Source of the DNA: Rhina ancylostomus
Taxonomy: Eukaryota
Assembly: GCA_030265395.1 (NCBI GenBank)
Contig: JARFYF010000119.1
Location: 50,257,903 to 50,321,902 of the forward strand
Direction: 5' to 3'
DNA length: 64,000 nt
Shown: in pieces, positions 33,793 through 45,355 of the stretch
Layout of the letters: every line of letters starts with the position of its first letter
Position numbering within the stretch: position 1 is the stretch's first letter
The notes under the pieces: model-generated
Told to the model about the DNA's origin: nothing
The model's input: the letters and a program-made list of their open reading frames with translations, nothing else
Databases searched by the model: none
Translations under genes and position numbers: made by a program

Positions 33793-35804
33793 AAGCTTCT
33801 ACATACCAACATCCTCATCTCTACCAGTCCACACCCAACAGCCATCTAATGTTCCCGATAAGGCTACACACCAAAAAAGATGGCTTTTGGCCAATTGATG
33901 AAAAATAGAGACCTCTGAGGAATTTATATCAATCCTGAAAGGTAATTAAACAAGTTCCAAGAGACTGCGTAAACAGCAGGTAATAATACTCAACAGACAG
34001 CCAGTCCCTCTCCTGGATTTTATTCCTTTTAGAGATAAACATAAATGTTCCTAACTACAACTGATCCTGTGAAATAAAGTGATTATTAAGGGAGAAAATG
34101 TGTCCACCTTCCTCACTTAAGAGATGGGAAACTCTTCTCTTTAAGAGGAAGGCATAAACAGCTAGCTTTATTAAAAAAAAGCACATGTAACTCTTATATA
34201 TCAATTTTGAGTAGTCAGGAGCATTGCCTTTAAGTTTATCTTTGAAGGTAAATGCGTTTACATTTGAGTAACAGGTGACTGGCAAATCCTGTATTACAGC
34301 TTCCTTTTTGCTCTCCCATTAATTTGAGGTTGGTCATATAGACATGGTAACTTACTTGCATATTTCCTCTGTACCATTATATGTGTTGCCACACCTTTCC
34401 TGTAATACATTGACCAGGCCCGGTGTAATACTGTGAGTGTGGCCATTCATACAATGCACAAGGTTACAGGAGATTGCTTGGCCCATTGATCCTGCATTGG
34501 ATTTAGTATCTTCTTTTCTGGCCCAACTCTTGGCAAGTCCTAACTACATTAAAGACATCAAACCCTGCCATCAACAAGTCCTAAGTACAGTCCTCACCCA
34601 CAACAGGCCACAGTGGCATCTACTGATGGGATATAATGTTGGAAACCTCATATGGGAGAATTGGAAAGCTGATTGGAGATGACTGGAGAAGGCCATGAAG
34701 ATGATTGGGGAGTGTATAGGACTACAGAAAGGTTATCTGGGAGGGTAATATCANNNNNNNNNNNNNNNNNNNNNNNNNNNNNNNNNNNNNNNNNNNNNNN
34801 NNNNNNNNNNNNNNNNNNNNNNNNNNNNNNNNNNNNNNNNNNNNNNNNNNNNNNNNNNNNNNNNNNNNNNNNNNNNNNNNNNNNNNNNNNNNNNNNNNNN
34901 NNNNNNNNNNNNNNNNNNNNNNNNNNNNNNNNNNNNNNNNNNNNNNNNNNNNNNNNNNNNNNNNNNNNNNNNNNNNNNNNNNNNNNNNNNNNNNNNNNNN
35001 NNNNNNNNNNNNNNNNNNNNNNNNNNNNNNNNCAGAGAGATGTTCCGGGGGTCGGGGTGGTGACCATTGACAAAGAAAATCTTGAGAAGGGAGGCTTTTG
35101 GAACAGAGATTCAGGTAAAATTGGGCCTTAAATTAATAAAGAAGCAGGCCAAAATTTTCCATTTAGGATTTATCTCAGGGTTTATAGCCCACAGTAGCAC
35201 CTTATGTGGTGTTAAAATGTCACCAAATGAGATTAAATGAATATTGTATACTGTTTGACATCACTGTAAGTGTTAGTATATAGACTTTGTACAAGAGATA
35301 CTTGGATCAAAAACTGGAAACATGCTACCTGCACACAGTAAAATTCAATCAAACATTGCATCACCTGATTGAAAATCTGGGTCGGTCGATTGTATCAAGA
35401 CCTTCCTCTTCTTAGGTAGTCCTTTGGGATTGAGGGTGGCTGCTTGTAATTTTAAAGACCATTGCTTGGTTGTTTCCCAGCCTCAATTCAAGAATAAAGA
35501 AACGTTGCACTCTTTCATGACTGGTATAACATCACAGATTTCATGCTACAGTAGTGAATTTGCAGCACTTCCATGTTATATTTTTAATGTTTGATTTTTC
35601 TTTTCACAGGATGTGCCTCTGTCTAGGTCAGCTTTTCTAGAACAGTTTGTCTCAAGTGATGACTTGTTCTGCATCACCAGACCTCAGAACTGCAGACCAA
35701 ATATTGCCAGGCTCTATAACCTTTGACATACTCTGAACATTCTTTTTTGGGTATCAAATGAAGTAAACCAAACTGGATACTAATGGGGAAACTAAGACAA
35801 CTTT

Positions 35805-36167
35805 GGTATTGGTATTGATTTATTATTGTCACTTGTACCAAGGTACAGTGAAAAATTTGTCTTGCTTACTAATCATACAGGTCAATTCATTACACAGTGC
35901 AGTTACTTTGATTTAGTACAGAGCGAATTGAAGTAGTACTGGTAAAAACAATTACAATACAGAGTAAAGTGTACAGCTACAGAGAAAGTGCAGTGTAATA
36001 AGCTGCAAGGTCACAACAAGGTAGATCGTGAGGTCATCATCCATCATATAAGGCAACCATTCAATTGTCTTATCACAGTGGGATGGAAGCTGTCCTTAAG
36101 CCCGGTGGAATGTGGCCTCAGGCTCCTGTATCTTCTACCTGATGGAAGAGGAGAGAAGAGAGAATGC
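35805..36167 (-). mobile_element. Rex1/Babar LINE 3' end
   Basis: Reverse complement SLLFSLPSGRRYRSLRPHSTGLKDSFHPTVIR, then the TTTTCACTGTACCTTGGTACAAGTGACAATAATAAA tail. Confidence 0.9.
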
Positions 36168-37410
36168 TAAAGTTCTTTTGAGGAGGTAACCCAAGAGGAT
36201 TGATGGGGTCATTGTCTACATAGACTTCAGCAAGAGCTTTTTCAAGGTAGGCTGGTGTAGCAGGTTAGTATACATGGTATCCAAGGTGAGATAGCAAATT
36301 GGTTACAAAATTGAGATTCAAGACACTGCTGGAATTTGGAACTGAAAACAAACTGCTAGAGGAACTCAACGGGTTGAACAGCATCTGTAGGGGAAAAGAA
36401 ATGTCGATGCTTCAAGTTGAGACCCTGCATCAGGACCTACTCCATTCACTGGGTTCCTCCAGCAGTTCATTTCTTAGATAGAAAATTGGCTTGGTGATAG
36501 GAGGCAGAGTGTGGTGGAGGAGGGTTGCTTTTCAGCTTGGAGACTTGTAACCAGTCGTCTGCCACAGAGACCGGTGCAGTCTATATACTAATAATTTGGA
36601 AGAGAATGTAAATGGCATGATTAATAAGTTTGTAGATGACACCAAAATCCGTGGTACAGTGGACGGTGAAAAAGGATGTCTAATGTTGCATCAGGATATA
36701 AATCGACTGGGAAGATGGGCAAGGAAATAACTGATGGAATTTAATTCAGACAAGTGTGCTATAACGCAATTTGGGAAGTTAAACCAGGCTAGGAAATACA
36801 CAGTGAATAGTAGGTCTTTGGGGAGTGTTATTGAAAAGCAAAACCTCTGAGATGCAAGTACATGGTTCCTTGAAAGGGTGGTCAGAGTGGAGACGTATGA
36901 TATGTTTGCCTTCATCAGCCAAGGCACGAGTATAGTAGTTGAGATGGCATGTTACATGTGTACAAATTGTTGGTTAGGCTGCAGTATGCAATCCTGGTCA
37001 TCACATTATAGAAAGAACGTGGTTAAGCTAGAGTGGGTGCAGAANNNNNNNNNNNNNNNNNNNNNNNNNNNNNNNNNNNNNNNNNNNNNNNNNNNNNNNN
37101 NNNNNNNNNNNNNNNNNNNNNNNNNNNNNNNNNNNNNNNNNNNNGAACGTGGTTAAGCTAGAGTGGGTGCAGAAAAGATTCATAGGAATATTGCCTGGAT
37201 TGGAGGGCTTTAGTTTTAAGGAGATTAGATAGGCTGGGACTATTTTCCCGAGAGTGAAAGAGACTGAGGGTGACCTTACAGAAGTTGATAAAATTATGAG
37301 AGGCATAGAGAGGGTAGATAATCACTGTCTTTTTCCCAGGGTAGGGGAGTCTAAAACTAGAGGTTGTGGGTTTAAAGTGAGGGAAGAAAGATTTAAAGGG
37401 GTTCTGAGGG
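36168..37410 (+). mobile_element. HER1/CR1 LINE RT region, interrupted by an insertion and a gap
   Basis: IVYIDFSKS, INKFVDDTKI, EFNSDKC, EGDLTEVDKIMRGIERVD. Confidence 0.92.
36314..36473 (-). mobile_element. Penelope-type repeat inserted in HER1 with a probable ~15-bp TSD
   Basis: Flanks TTGGTTACAAAATTG (36299-36313) and TTAGATAGAAAATTG (36474-36488). Minus strand contains CTGATGC-A-GGGTCTCAACTT-GAAGCATCGAC. Confidence 0.7.
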
Positions 37411-37848
37411 ACATCTCTATGAATATAGGAATCTATGAAAAACAGCCTCTGGGTATAAGGCCTTCTTATTAGATGGACACAAGAATACTAGTTCCGGAAG
37501 AAACTTGAGGGAATAGACATTCCAGCCAGTGTTCTTCCTTCTTGGACCTCCTCTAGCCAGGAGACCTTGTTCTGGGAGTCTCACCTCCTGGTCCTGGCAG
37601 GCTGGAGGCCCAGTTCAATCACAAGGAAAGCTCTGCTTTTGTTTGAAGAAGAAGGCAATCTCATCCTTCACCAATGTCAATTCTTCCCAAGACATGTAGC
37701 ACACTCTAGCAGAACAGGGTTTTCTAAAGTTCAGGAAACTGAGGATCTCTAACTAGCCCAAATTTACAAATGCCAGAGTTTCTTCCTCTATTCAGACATG
37801 CTTTCCTATCCACAATTCACACATTGCACTAGATTGCAAGTGTATTGG

Positions 37849-37920
37849 TGTCACAATGTTGAGCCAGAGCAAACTCAGAGAACCCAAATGCGGCACACTG
37901 ATACAAGACTGGAGTCAGGA
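37849..37920 (-). mobile_element. Solo-LTR-like element, 3' part (runs into gap)
   Basis: TGTCACAATGTTGAGCCAGAGCAAACTCAGAGAACCCAAATGCGGCAC is the reverse of 9875-9949. Confidence 0.75.
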
Positions 37921-39699
37921 NNNNNNNNNNNNNNNNNNNNNNNNNNNNNNNNNNNNNNNNNNNNNNNNNNNNNNNNNNNNNNNNNNNNNNNNNNNNNNNN
38001 NNNNNNNNNNNNNNNNNNNNCAAACCATTTTATTATAGTTTCTTTTTCTCTTATAATCATAATGTAACTTTTGTCCAATGATCCTTCTTGCAAAATCACT
38101 GGAAACCTGAGATCTGAGCAGCTTAGCTAACCTAGAAATGGAGCCCAAAATAAGCCCCAACATAAATTCTTGATTGAAGAGCTTAGAGAATTCATTTAGT
38201 TTGGTTAGCCTTGGACCATGTAGATGAAGGCCTACATTGAATTAATGAGGAACTTTTAAATTTAATGAATGCCCAGATAGTTAAAAGTAATTTGGAAAGT
38301 AGAAAATATCAATGTTTAATTAAAGGCCATTGCAAATGGAGCAAACCATCTTTTTTATGGTGCCAATTACAATTTTGCTTTCAGCTTTAAGAACAAATTA
38401 CTGATAATGCATCGTGCATGATTCATATCAATATCTCATGGCCTCTTCCACATATAAGAATTGATTACTTCAATAAAATGGTGAACATGGGTTGTAAAGT
38501 GAGACAGACTTTTTTATAGGATGAGTCAAAAGAATTCATTGGAAGATAAATATGACTTCTGAGGAAATGTTCATGATATCAATTTTAATCTAAAATTCAG
38601 TAATTATTCTTTCATTTTATGAAATATTACATAATTTTCTCTATACAGTTTAAAAATCTCTAATATTATCTTATTTGGCCAATTCGTCACAGAATTTCTT
38701 TGCCCTTTGTGAATATTATGTACTTTGATAAGCTTTCTTCCAACATCAGGGAAAGTGTAATATGCAGGTGCCTTGTGATTTACCAGGACCAGTAATTTGC
38801 TATAAGTAACTTAACATGTTAATAAAAGGTTGGTGGAGCAACAAACTGTACAGTAGTATAAGTAATGTATTTGTACACCTTGGGCCAGCTTCTCAGTTAA
38901 TCCATGAGTGCTTCTTAATTGAAGTGAATTAATCAAATAAAGCAGGTGGAAAATAAAAGTGAGTACATTGGGCAGAGATAGACATAAATGAGTAAATCTC
39001 CATCTTCACCAGATGAGTGGTAATCAGATGGCACAGATCAATTACTTATGAGAGAATATGTCAGATTTTCTTTACATTTATTTCAACAGAATTAAAATCA
39101 GACCAGTTATATATAGGTACCTGTCCCACTCCATCAGATCATAATTCCTGAGGTAAAAATAACATTTGTCCCAAAGGTTGACAATCTAATCAAGATTTTA
39201 AAGGCACGAGTTAATTTTGTCCAAGCATTAAGGAATATTTTGTGGGATTGTTGGAGGGAAAATGTTGACTTTGCTTTGCTGGATTGATCCTGTGGAGGGT
39301 CCTTGTAGTATCTGTTCAGAAATTTGCATTCAAATAAAGGCATTTATAATTGTGTAAAAATATAAATGTAACTTATGTTATAGTGTAAATCCTTCTTAAT
39401 TAAAAGGTTATTTCCCAGGAGAAAAGCAGGGAGGGTCCCTTGGGTTTGGAACAGTGTAACCTGTTGAGTTGGCATTAGGTTAAGAAAAGTAATGCATTAA
39501 GCACCCAGGAGATTTTGGGACCTAAATTGTATAACACTGGAAAATATTCCCTGGAATCATGATTATGATCAGCATTAGTATACATTTATCTAATCCAGTG
39601 AAAGATGCATATAAATGCCTGCTTCTACCATGTTATTATAACTATAATAGCTATCTGGCAGTAAACATGCTATTTATTGGCTTAAGATACACCTGACTG

Positions 39700-40760
39700 T
39701 GATTTTGTAAGTGGCTAGCACCAGATGAATATATCTGTGAATGTAGATATGTGACTTGGGGTCTTGTTCGACGTCTGAAGTGTCTGTAGCTGAGACTGTG
39801 AATGTTTGGTGGGAGTTATGATTGACATAGATTGATGGTAGGTGCATGATAATCCATGGAGCCATGATGTTTACGTCCTATCTCACGCCCCTCTGCCTTC
39901 TCAACCCACATGTTGTCTGATTTGCATTGCTCAGTTATTTTAAGCATACTATGGAAGGTAGCTCAGATGAGGTAAGTTGTGAGTATCCTGTGGCTTGTTC
40001 TGAAGGCAAGGGTAACCCAGCTAACAGTTCCATGGAGGATGCACACATATTTTGTTCCAAAGGTCTCAAGTAAGGATTTTGACTGCGTACCTCATAGACA
40101 AATGGCTATCTAGCATTGAAATGTTTGACACATTGATAGAACTGCCCAACAACCTGCAGAAAGTTATAAGAAGCATGAGAGCATCCATTTCCATTTCAAT
40201 TCTTGGGAAGGTGGGGGTATTCTATCATCAAGCAGCATTTGATGAGCAAGTTCTCAGCTTTAATCAAGATGTACCCAATGTCTGAGAACGGCAGTAGATG
40301 CTGTGGCATCCAACCTGTTGCTGGCACATCTCTGATTACCAGTGCTCAAAGGAGCTTTGAGTAACGTATAGCACTCTGGAAATGTCCCACAACANNNNNN
40401 NNNNNNNNNNNNNNNNNNNNNNNNNNNNNNNNNNNNNNNNNNNNNNNNNNNNNNNNNNNNNNNNNNNNNNNNNNNNNNNNNNNNNNNNNNNNNNACAGAT
40501 TAGAAGGAGTGGCAAACCCTTGGTGGAGCACAATGTGACTGTCCCCTCAATGACAAGGATACACTTATAATCTCACCACTGCCACTTCACCAGCATCCTT
40601 GATGTTGCCTGTCAGCTAACCAGTCCAGACTACTGCTGTCCAAGGAAAGGCAGAGCTGATTTAGTCCTGATCTGTTCAGGGTCGTCCTCCTGGATCATCC
40701 ATGGTCTCCTCCATTGAAAAGCTTGGCCACAGCCACTGAGAGAACATGGTATCAGAGGAC
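39700..40760 (+). mobile_element. Decayed coding-like relic, possibly a Harbinger accessory (Myb/SANT + coiled-coil) gene
   Basis: Heptad-like IEMFDTLIELPNNLQKVIRSMRASIS followed by a Pro/Gln/Thr-rich PVS*PVQTTAVQ...QGRPP. The family call is recollection-based and weak. Confidence 0.3.
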
Positions 40761-41089
40761 CTCATACTTCTTGGAATAATGGTAACTGTGTGAGTGTGCT
40801 GTCAGGTCCAAATCCTGTTTGATAGTTATCAGTAGTTTTCATGGGAAATGGCTTTTGAAGATATTTTCATTTGACCTTGACTATACATTGACAGTTATTG
40901 AACTTCTTGCTGTGCTGAATTTATATTCTTTGGGCCTGACTCCATGCATTGATTTCAACTGATGCTTTAGAAGGAAACACATCCTAAAACTCAGTGGGTA
41001 GAAATCTCTATATTCCAGCCCACTTCATTGCCCAAGGCTGCCAATGCTGAGCTAGAAAATTAAGCTGAGCTCATGTGAGTTCAGTCAGA

Positions 41090-41830
41090 GACTAAACAGT
41101 TTGGGTTTGTATTCCTTGGAGTTTAGAAATATGAGGGGTGACCTGATTCAAACATGAAAGATCCTAGGGAGGCTTGACAGGGTAGATGTTGAGATGTCTT
41201 CACTATTGGGAGAGTCTCAAACAATGAGACATATTTACAAGCTGACCATTTAAACTTGAGTAATGCAGGGATTTCTTCTCTCAGAGGGCAATAAATCTCT
41301 GGAATTCTCTGCCCCTGAGGGTGGTGGAGGCCTGCTCATTAGATATATTTAAGGTGGAGATAGATAAATGTTTGAAAGATCAAGGAATTGAGTGTTTGGG
41401 GGTACTGGTACAGAAGAGGAGATGAGGCCAGCATAGATCAGCCCTGATCATATTGATAAGTTAAGATAAAATAAGATAAGATCTCTTTATTAGTCACATG
41501 TACATCGAAACACACAGAGAAATGCATCTTTTGTGTAGAATGTTCTAGGGGTAGCCCACAAGTTTTGCCACGCTTCCAGTGCCAACATAGCATGCCCACA
41601 GCTTCCTAACCCTTACGTCTTTGGAATGTGGGAGGAAACTGGAGCACCCGGAGGAAACCCACACAGGCACAGCGAGAACATACAAACTCCTCAGAGATAG
41701 CAATCGGAATGGAACCCGGGTCACTGGTGCTGTAAGAGTGTTACACCAACTGCTACACTACCATGCCTGGCTGAATGGCTGGCCAAGCTTGAGGAGTCTG
41801 GTGGCTTACTCCTGCTCCTATTTTCTTGTG
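41090..41830 (+). mobile_element. CR1 3' fragment split by a SINE
   Basis: GLYSLEFRNMRGDLIQT. The 3' UTR GATCAGCCCTGATCATATTGA is cut by the SINE and resumes at ATGGCTGG...TACTCCTGCTCCTATTT. Confidence 0.88.
41457..41768 (-). mobile_element. V-SINE with Rex1-like tail, full length
   Basis: Reverse complement GGCATGGTAGTGTAGCAGTTGG...CCGGGTTCCATTCC, V-domain, ...TTCGATGTACATGTGACTAATAAAGAGATCTTATCTTAT. Confidence 0.9.
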
Positions 41831-42343
41831 CTGTACAGTTCTATGTCTTCCAGCAGGTTGCTCAGGAATGCCTTCCACTGCTGAAAGCTCCCTTTCAGAG
41901 GTGTAGGCTGGCCTTAATTATATTAACCAGCTTGAACTGGAGCTAACCACTCATAATTGAGCTGTGTGGGGAGCCATTGCCAGTGCTAAGTCAAGTGGGC
42001 ACAAGTTAGTGGCACACTGCAACAGCAGAACATCTTTCCCAGTGTAGTTCGGTTTAGCCTCATAAAACTTCGGACAGAAGTTATCAACTCTGTACTGCTG
42101 TATTTTATTTCTATAGTCTTTCAAGTGATAAAAAAAGTAGAAGATTTCCTTGCATTCAAGACCCAGTCTGAAAATACTGAAATAATAAACTACTCCTGGG
42201 CAAAGGGTGATTTGTCCAGACGGAAGTACAGGATTGAATTGAACTTCAGACTCAAAGTTTTTACATCAAGAGAAATAGCAAGGCCTACATAGGAGAAGCA
42301 TGGGATAATGTCCCCAAGACAGAGGAAAGAACATAACAGCATT

Positions 42344-43418
42344 GGCAGAAGTCAGAGATTGGGGATGAAGGGGGCCTTTTCAGGATGGCTTCTGATGACC
42401 AGTGGAGTTCTGCAGGGGTCAGTGTAGGGACTGCAACTTTTCAGATAATGCATTAATGATCTTGATGAAGGAACTGATGGCATCATGGCCTAAGTTTGCA
42501 GATGACACCAAGATAGGTGGAGGAATAGGTGGTGTCACAGAGGCAAGGAGTCTGCAAAAGGACTTGGGCAGTTTGGGAGAGTGGGCAAAGGAGTGGCAGA
42601 TGCAATACAGGAAAGGGAAGTATAGGGTTATGCATCTTAGTAGGAAAAATAAAGGTGTAGATTATTTTCTAAATTGGGAAAGAATTCAGAAATCAGAGGA
42701 GCAAAGAGACTTGGGGGTCCTAGTTCAGGATTCCCTCAAGGTTAACGTGCAGATTGAGTCGGTAGTAAAGAAGGCAAATGCAATGTTTGCATTCATTTCA
42801 AGAAGACTAGAATATAAAAGCAAGAATGTACTGCTGAAACTTTATAAGGCATTGGTCAGACTGCATTTGGAATATTGTGAGCAATTTTCAGCCCCATATC
42901 GAAGGAAGGATGTGCCGGCCCTGGAGAGGGTCCAGAGAAGTTTCACAAGAATGATCCCAGGAATGAAAGGCTTATCATATGAGGAATGTTTGATGCCTCT
43001 GGTCCTGTACTCAATAGAGTTCAGAAGGATGACGGGGGATCTCATTGGAACATACAGGGTACGGAAAGGCATGGATAAAGTGGACATGGAGAGAATGTTT
43101 CCATTAATAGGTGAATCTAGGGATCTGAGGGTATAGCCTCTGAATAGAAGGACATCCCTTTAAAACTGAGGTTAAGAAGAATTTATTCAGCCAGAGGGTG
43201 GTGAATCTGTAGAATTTGTTGCCACAAATGGCAGTGGAGCCCAAGTAATTGGGTGTATTTATGGCAGAGATTGACAGGTTCTTGTGTGGTCAGGGGTTTA
43301 ACGGTAATGAAGAGAAGTTGGGAGAATGTGGTTGAAAAAAATCAGTCATGATTGAATGGCAGACCCGGCTTGATGGGCCGAATGGCCTAATTCTGCTCCT
43401 AGTGGTCCTATGGTCTTA
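42344..43418 (+). mobile_element. CR1 LINE RT/C-terminal region; longest ORF in the window (42402-43136, 244 aa)
   Basis: KFADDTKIGG RT catalytic motif, EQRDLGVLV, LYKALVRLHLEYCEQF, LERVQRSFTRMIPG; 3' UTR GGGCCGAATGGCCTAATTCTGCTCCT. 5'-truncated, not a host gene. Confidence 0.97.
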
Positions 43419-43439
43419 CTCCTTTTTTTATTTGATTCA

Positions 43440-43790
43440 TGTTTTGGAACGCATGCCCTGTTGGCAAGGTCAGCATTTATTGCCAATTCCTAATTGTCCC
43501 TGAGAAACAGTGATAGCCATCAATTTGCATCCTTGCAGTCCTGCTCTTGGAGGGAGTTCTAGGAGTTAGACCCAGCTATGATGAAGGAAAAATGACATAT
43601 TTCTGAGTCAGGATGTGTGCAACTTTGAGGAGAACATGCAGATGGTATCATCTGTATCAAGTGCCTGCTGCCCTTGTTCTTCTTGGTGGTATAGATTATG
43701 GTGTTAGAAGTGATTTCAGAGCAGCCTAGGCAAGCAACTGGAGTGCATTTTGCAGGTGGAGTGCACTGTTGCCATGTTACATCAATAGTT
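43440..43790 (-). mobile_element. Older LINE family 3' end
   Basis: TTGGCAAGGTCAGCATTTATTGCCAATTCCTAATTGTCCCTGAGAA is the reverse of the family at 3115-3330. Confidence 0.75.
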
Positions 43791-44719
43791 GATGGGATAA
43801 GCTATCGCTACGGGTATAAGTATTTTGCCAGAGATATCAGAATAAACAACCAAGTCAACAACCCAAAGATAGGGGACAACTATATTAGATATTTAAGTTG
43901 GGCTCTAACCCAATTTAGGACTCCACTTAGTTGGGCTATGCAGTGTTATTGTTCCCAGTATCATCTAGCTGCCCAATAAAAAAGGTAAATAATTTTTTTT
44001 GTCTGTGAAGTCAGAACTGCAAGAATACCCTTCAGGACTCTAAAAAGATGAATTTATGCACCTGTTCCCTGAGTGCTTACACCCTCTGGAAACACAACTC
44101 TTGTCCCCACTTACTCTCTGCTAATTTGGACGCACAATACTGAACCAGTCTGGAGCCCAAAGACCACCCGAGGCACTTGGTTTAATCTGGTCATACGGAA
44201 TTAAGGCCTGGATAAGTGTTCAAAATGAATCCCAGAGAGGGACAGTCCATCCCATAATGTGAAGGTTTCCTCTACTTGTAAAATATGGTGTTTTAGATGT
44301 TTTTTCAAGGTACATCTGAAAAGTGCTAAAAGGCTGGTAAGAGCTGGGTTGACTTATTTGATGACATTAAAATTTTATTTTTCAAATCACTACTTGTTCA
44401 TATTTATACTTTCTTGTATGTCTATATTCTACTAAATTTGAAGAATTTAGAAGAATGAACCTTTAGAACATAATATAGTGAATTATTAATGGATAAAAAG
44501 TGTTTCAAAATCTGATTATTGTTATTGTTGTCCCAAAGCTTATGGAGGGAATGTTAAATATATCTTAAACACAAGAACGATGTTTTTCTAAAACTGAAGG
44601 CCCAATAAAGAGGCATATGTCAGTGTGAGTGAAACACCCAATTTTATGATGATAACAGATTGCTCACTCCATCAAGTGAGCTTAGTAACAAATAAATTAC
44701 TTGCAAAAACTGATCATTT

Positions 44720-45045
44720 TACTTTGCAGGCAGATAGTGGCTGCAACTTTGCTCACTGCAAGATTACAGAACAGTAATGAGGTAAATCACCAATTTATCA
44801 GCTTTGGTGCTGTTGCTTGAGAATTTTGGCTTTACTCTTTGGTAATTATCCTGCAAAGTAGTCCGTGGGCATATCGTCCATGAAATTGTGCCTACCAGGC
44901 ATCATCTGAACAGGAAGATAGTGGTCTCTGTTTAACATATGATATTAAATCTGTAATCCTGGCAGTGCAACATACTTTTAGTGCTGAACTGATTTGCCAT
45001 TTGAGAAGATATGTTTAAATTCTGTACTGGGTTTGCATTCAAGTG
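44720..45045 (-). mobile_element. Deu-type SINE, decayed
   Basis: GGCTGCAACTTTGC...ACAGTAATGAG...CATCTGAACAGG...GGTCTCTGTTTAACAT...GCAGTGCAACATACT. Confidence 0.55.
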
Positions 45046-45049
45046 TTGA

Positions 45050-45355
45050 ATAAGAACCCAAGAAAATGGGAGAAGACCATTCAGCCTTGTGTGTTTGCTT
45101 CACCATTCAATAAAATCACCACAGATCTTTTACCTGTGCCATTTTCCTGCACTAACCCCATATTCCTTTGTTCACTGTATAAAAATCCATCAAATTCTTG
45201 TCCTGAATATACTGAGAGAATGTGCCTCCGCAATCATAATTGGCAGAGAATTCCAAAGATTCACTACCATGAGGTATCCTTTCATCTCTGTCCTGAATGA
45301 CTGATCCATTTATTTGAGATTGTGATCCCTGTTTTTTGACTCCCCAGGCAGGGAC
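45050..45355 (-). mobile_element. Old CR1 3' fragment
   Basis: TAAGAACCCAAGAAAATGGGAGAAGACCATTCAGCC...AGAGAATTCCAAAGATTCACTAC. Confidence 0.7.

Noticed and set aside
34648-35131. Long ORFs spanning N runs (also at 2546, 23041, 56188, 57375 and others)
   Set aside because: Their length comes from X residues in gaps.
35610-35726. Open frame DVPLSRSAFLEQFVSS... after a strong acceptor
   Set aside because: Short, with no recognisable family and no supporting neighbouring exons.
37015-37175. Direct repeat GAACGTGGTTAAGCTAGAGTGGGTGCAGAA on both sides of a gap (similar cases at 48217/48351 and 56471/56592)
   Set aside because: Most likely overlapping contig ends joined by 100-N padding, i.e. an assembly artefact.
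39090-39116. 27-nt micro-exon candidate
   Set aside because: The donor (GTACCT) is weak and nothing else supports it.
42402-43136. 244-aa ORF as a host gene
   Set aside because: It is a 5'-truncated CR1 reverse transcriptase fragment (KFADDTK) followed by the LINE 3' UTR.
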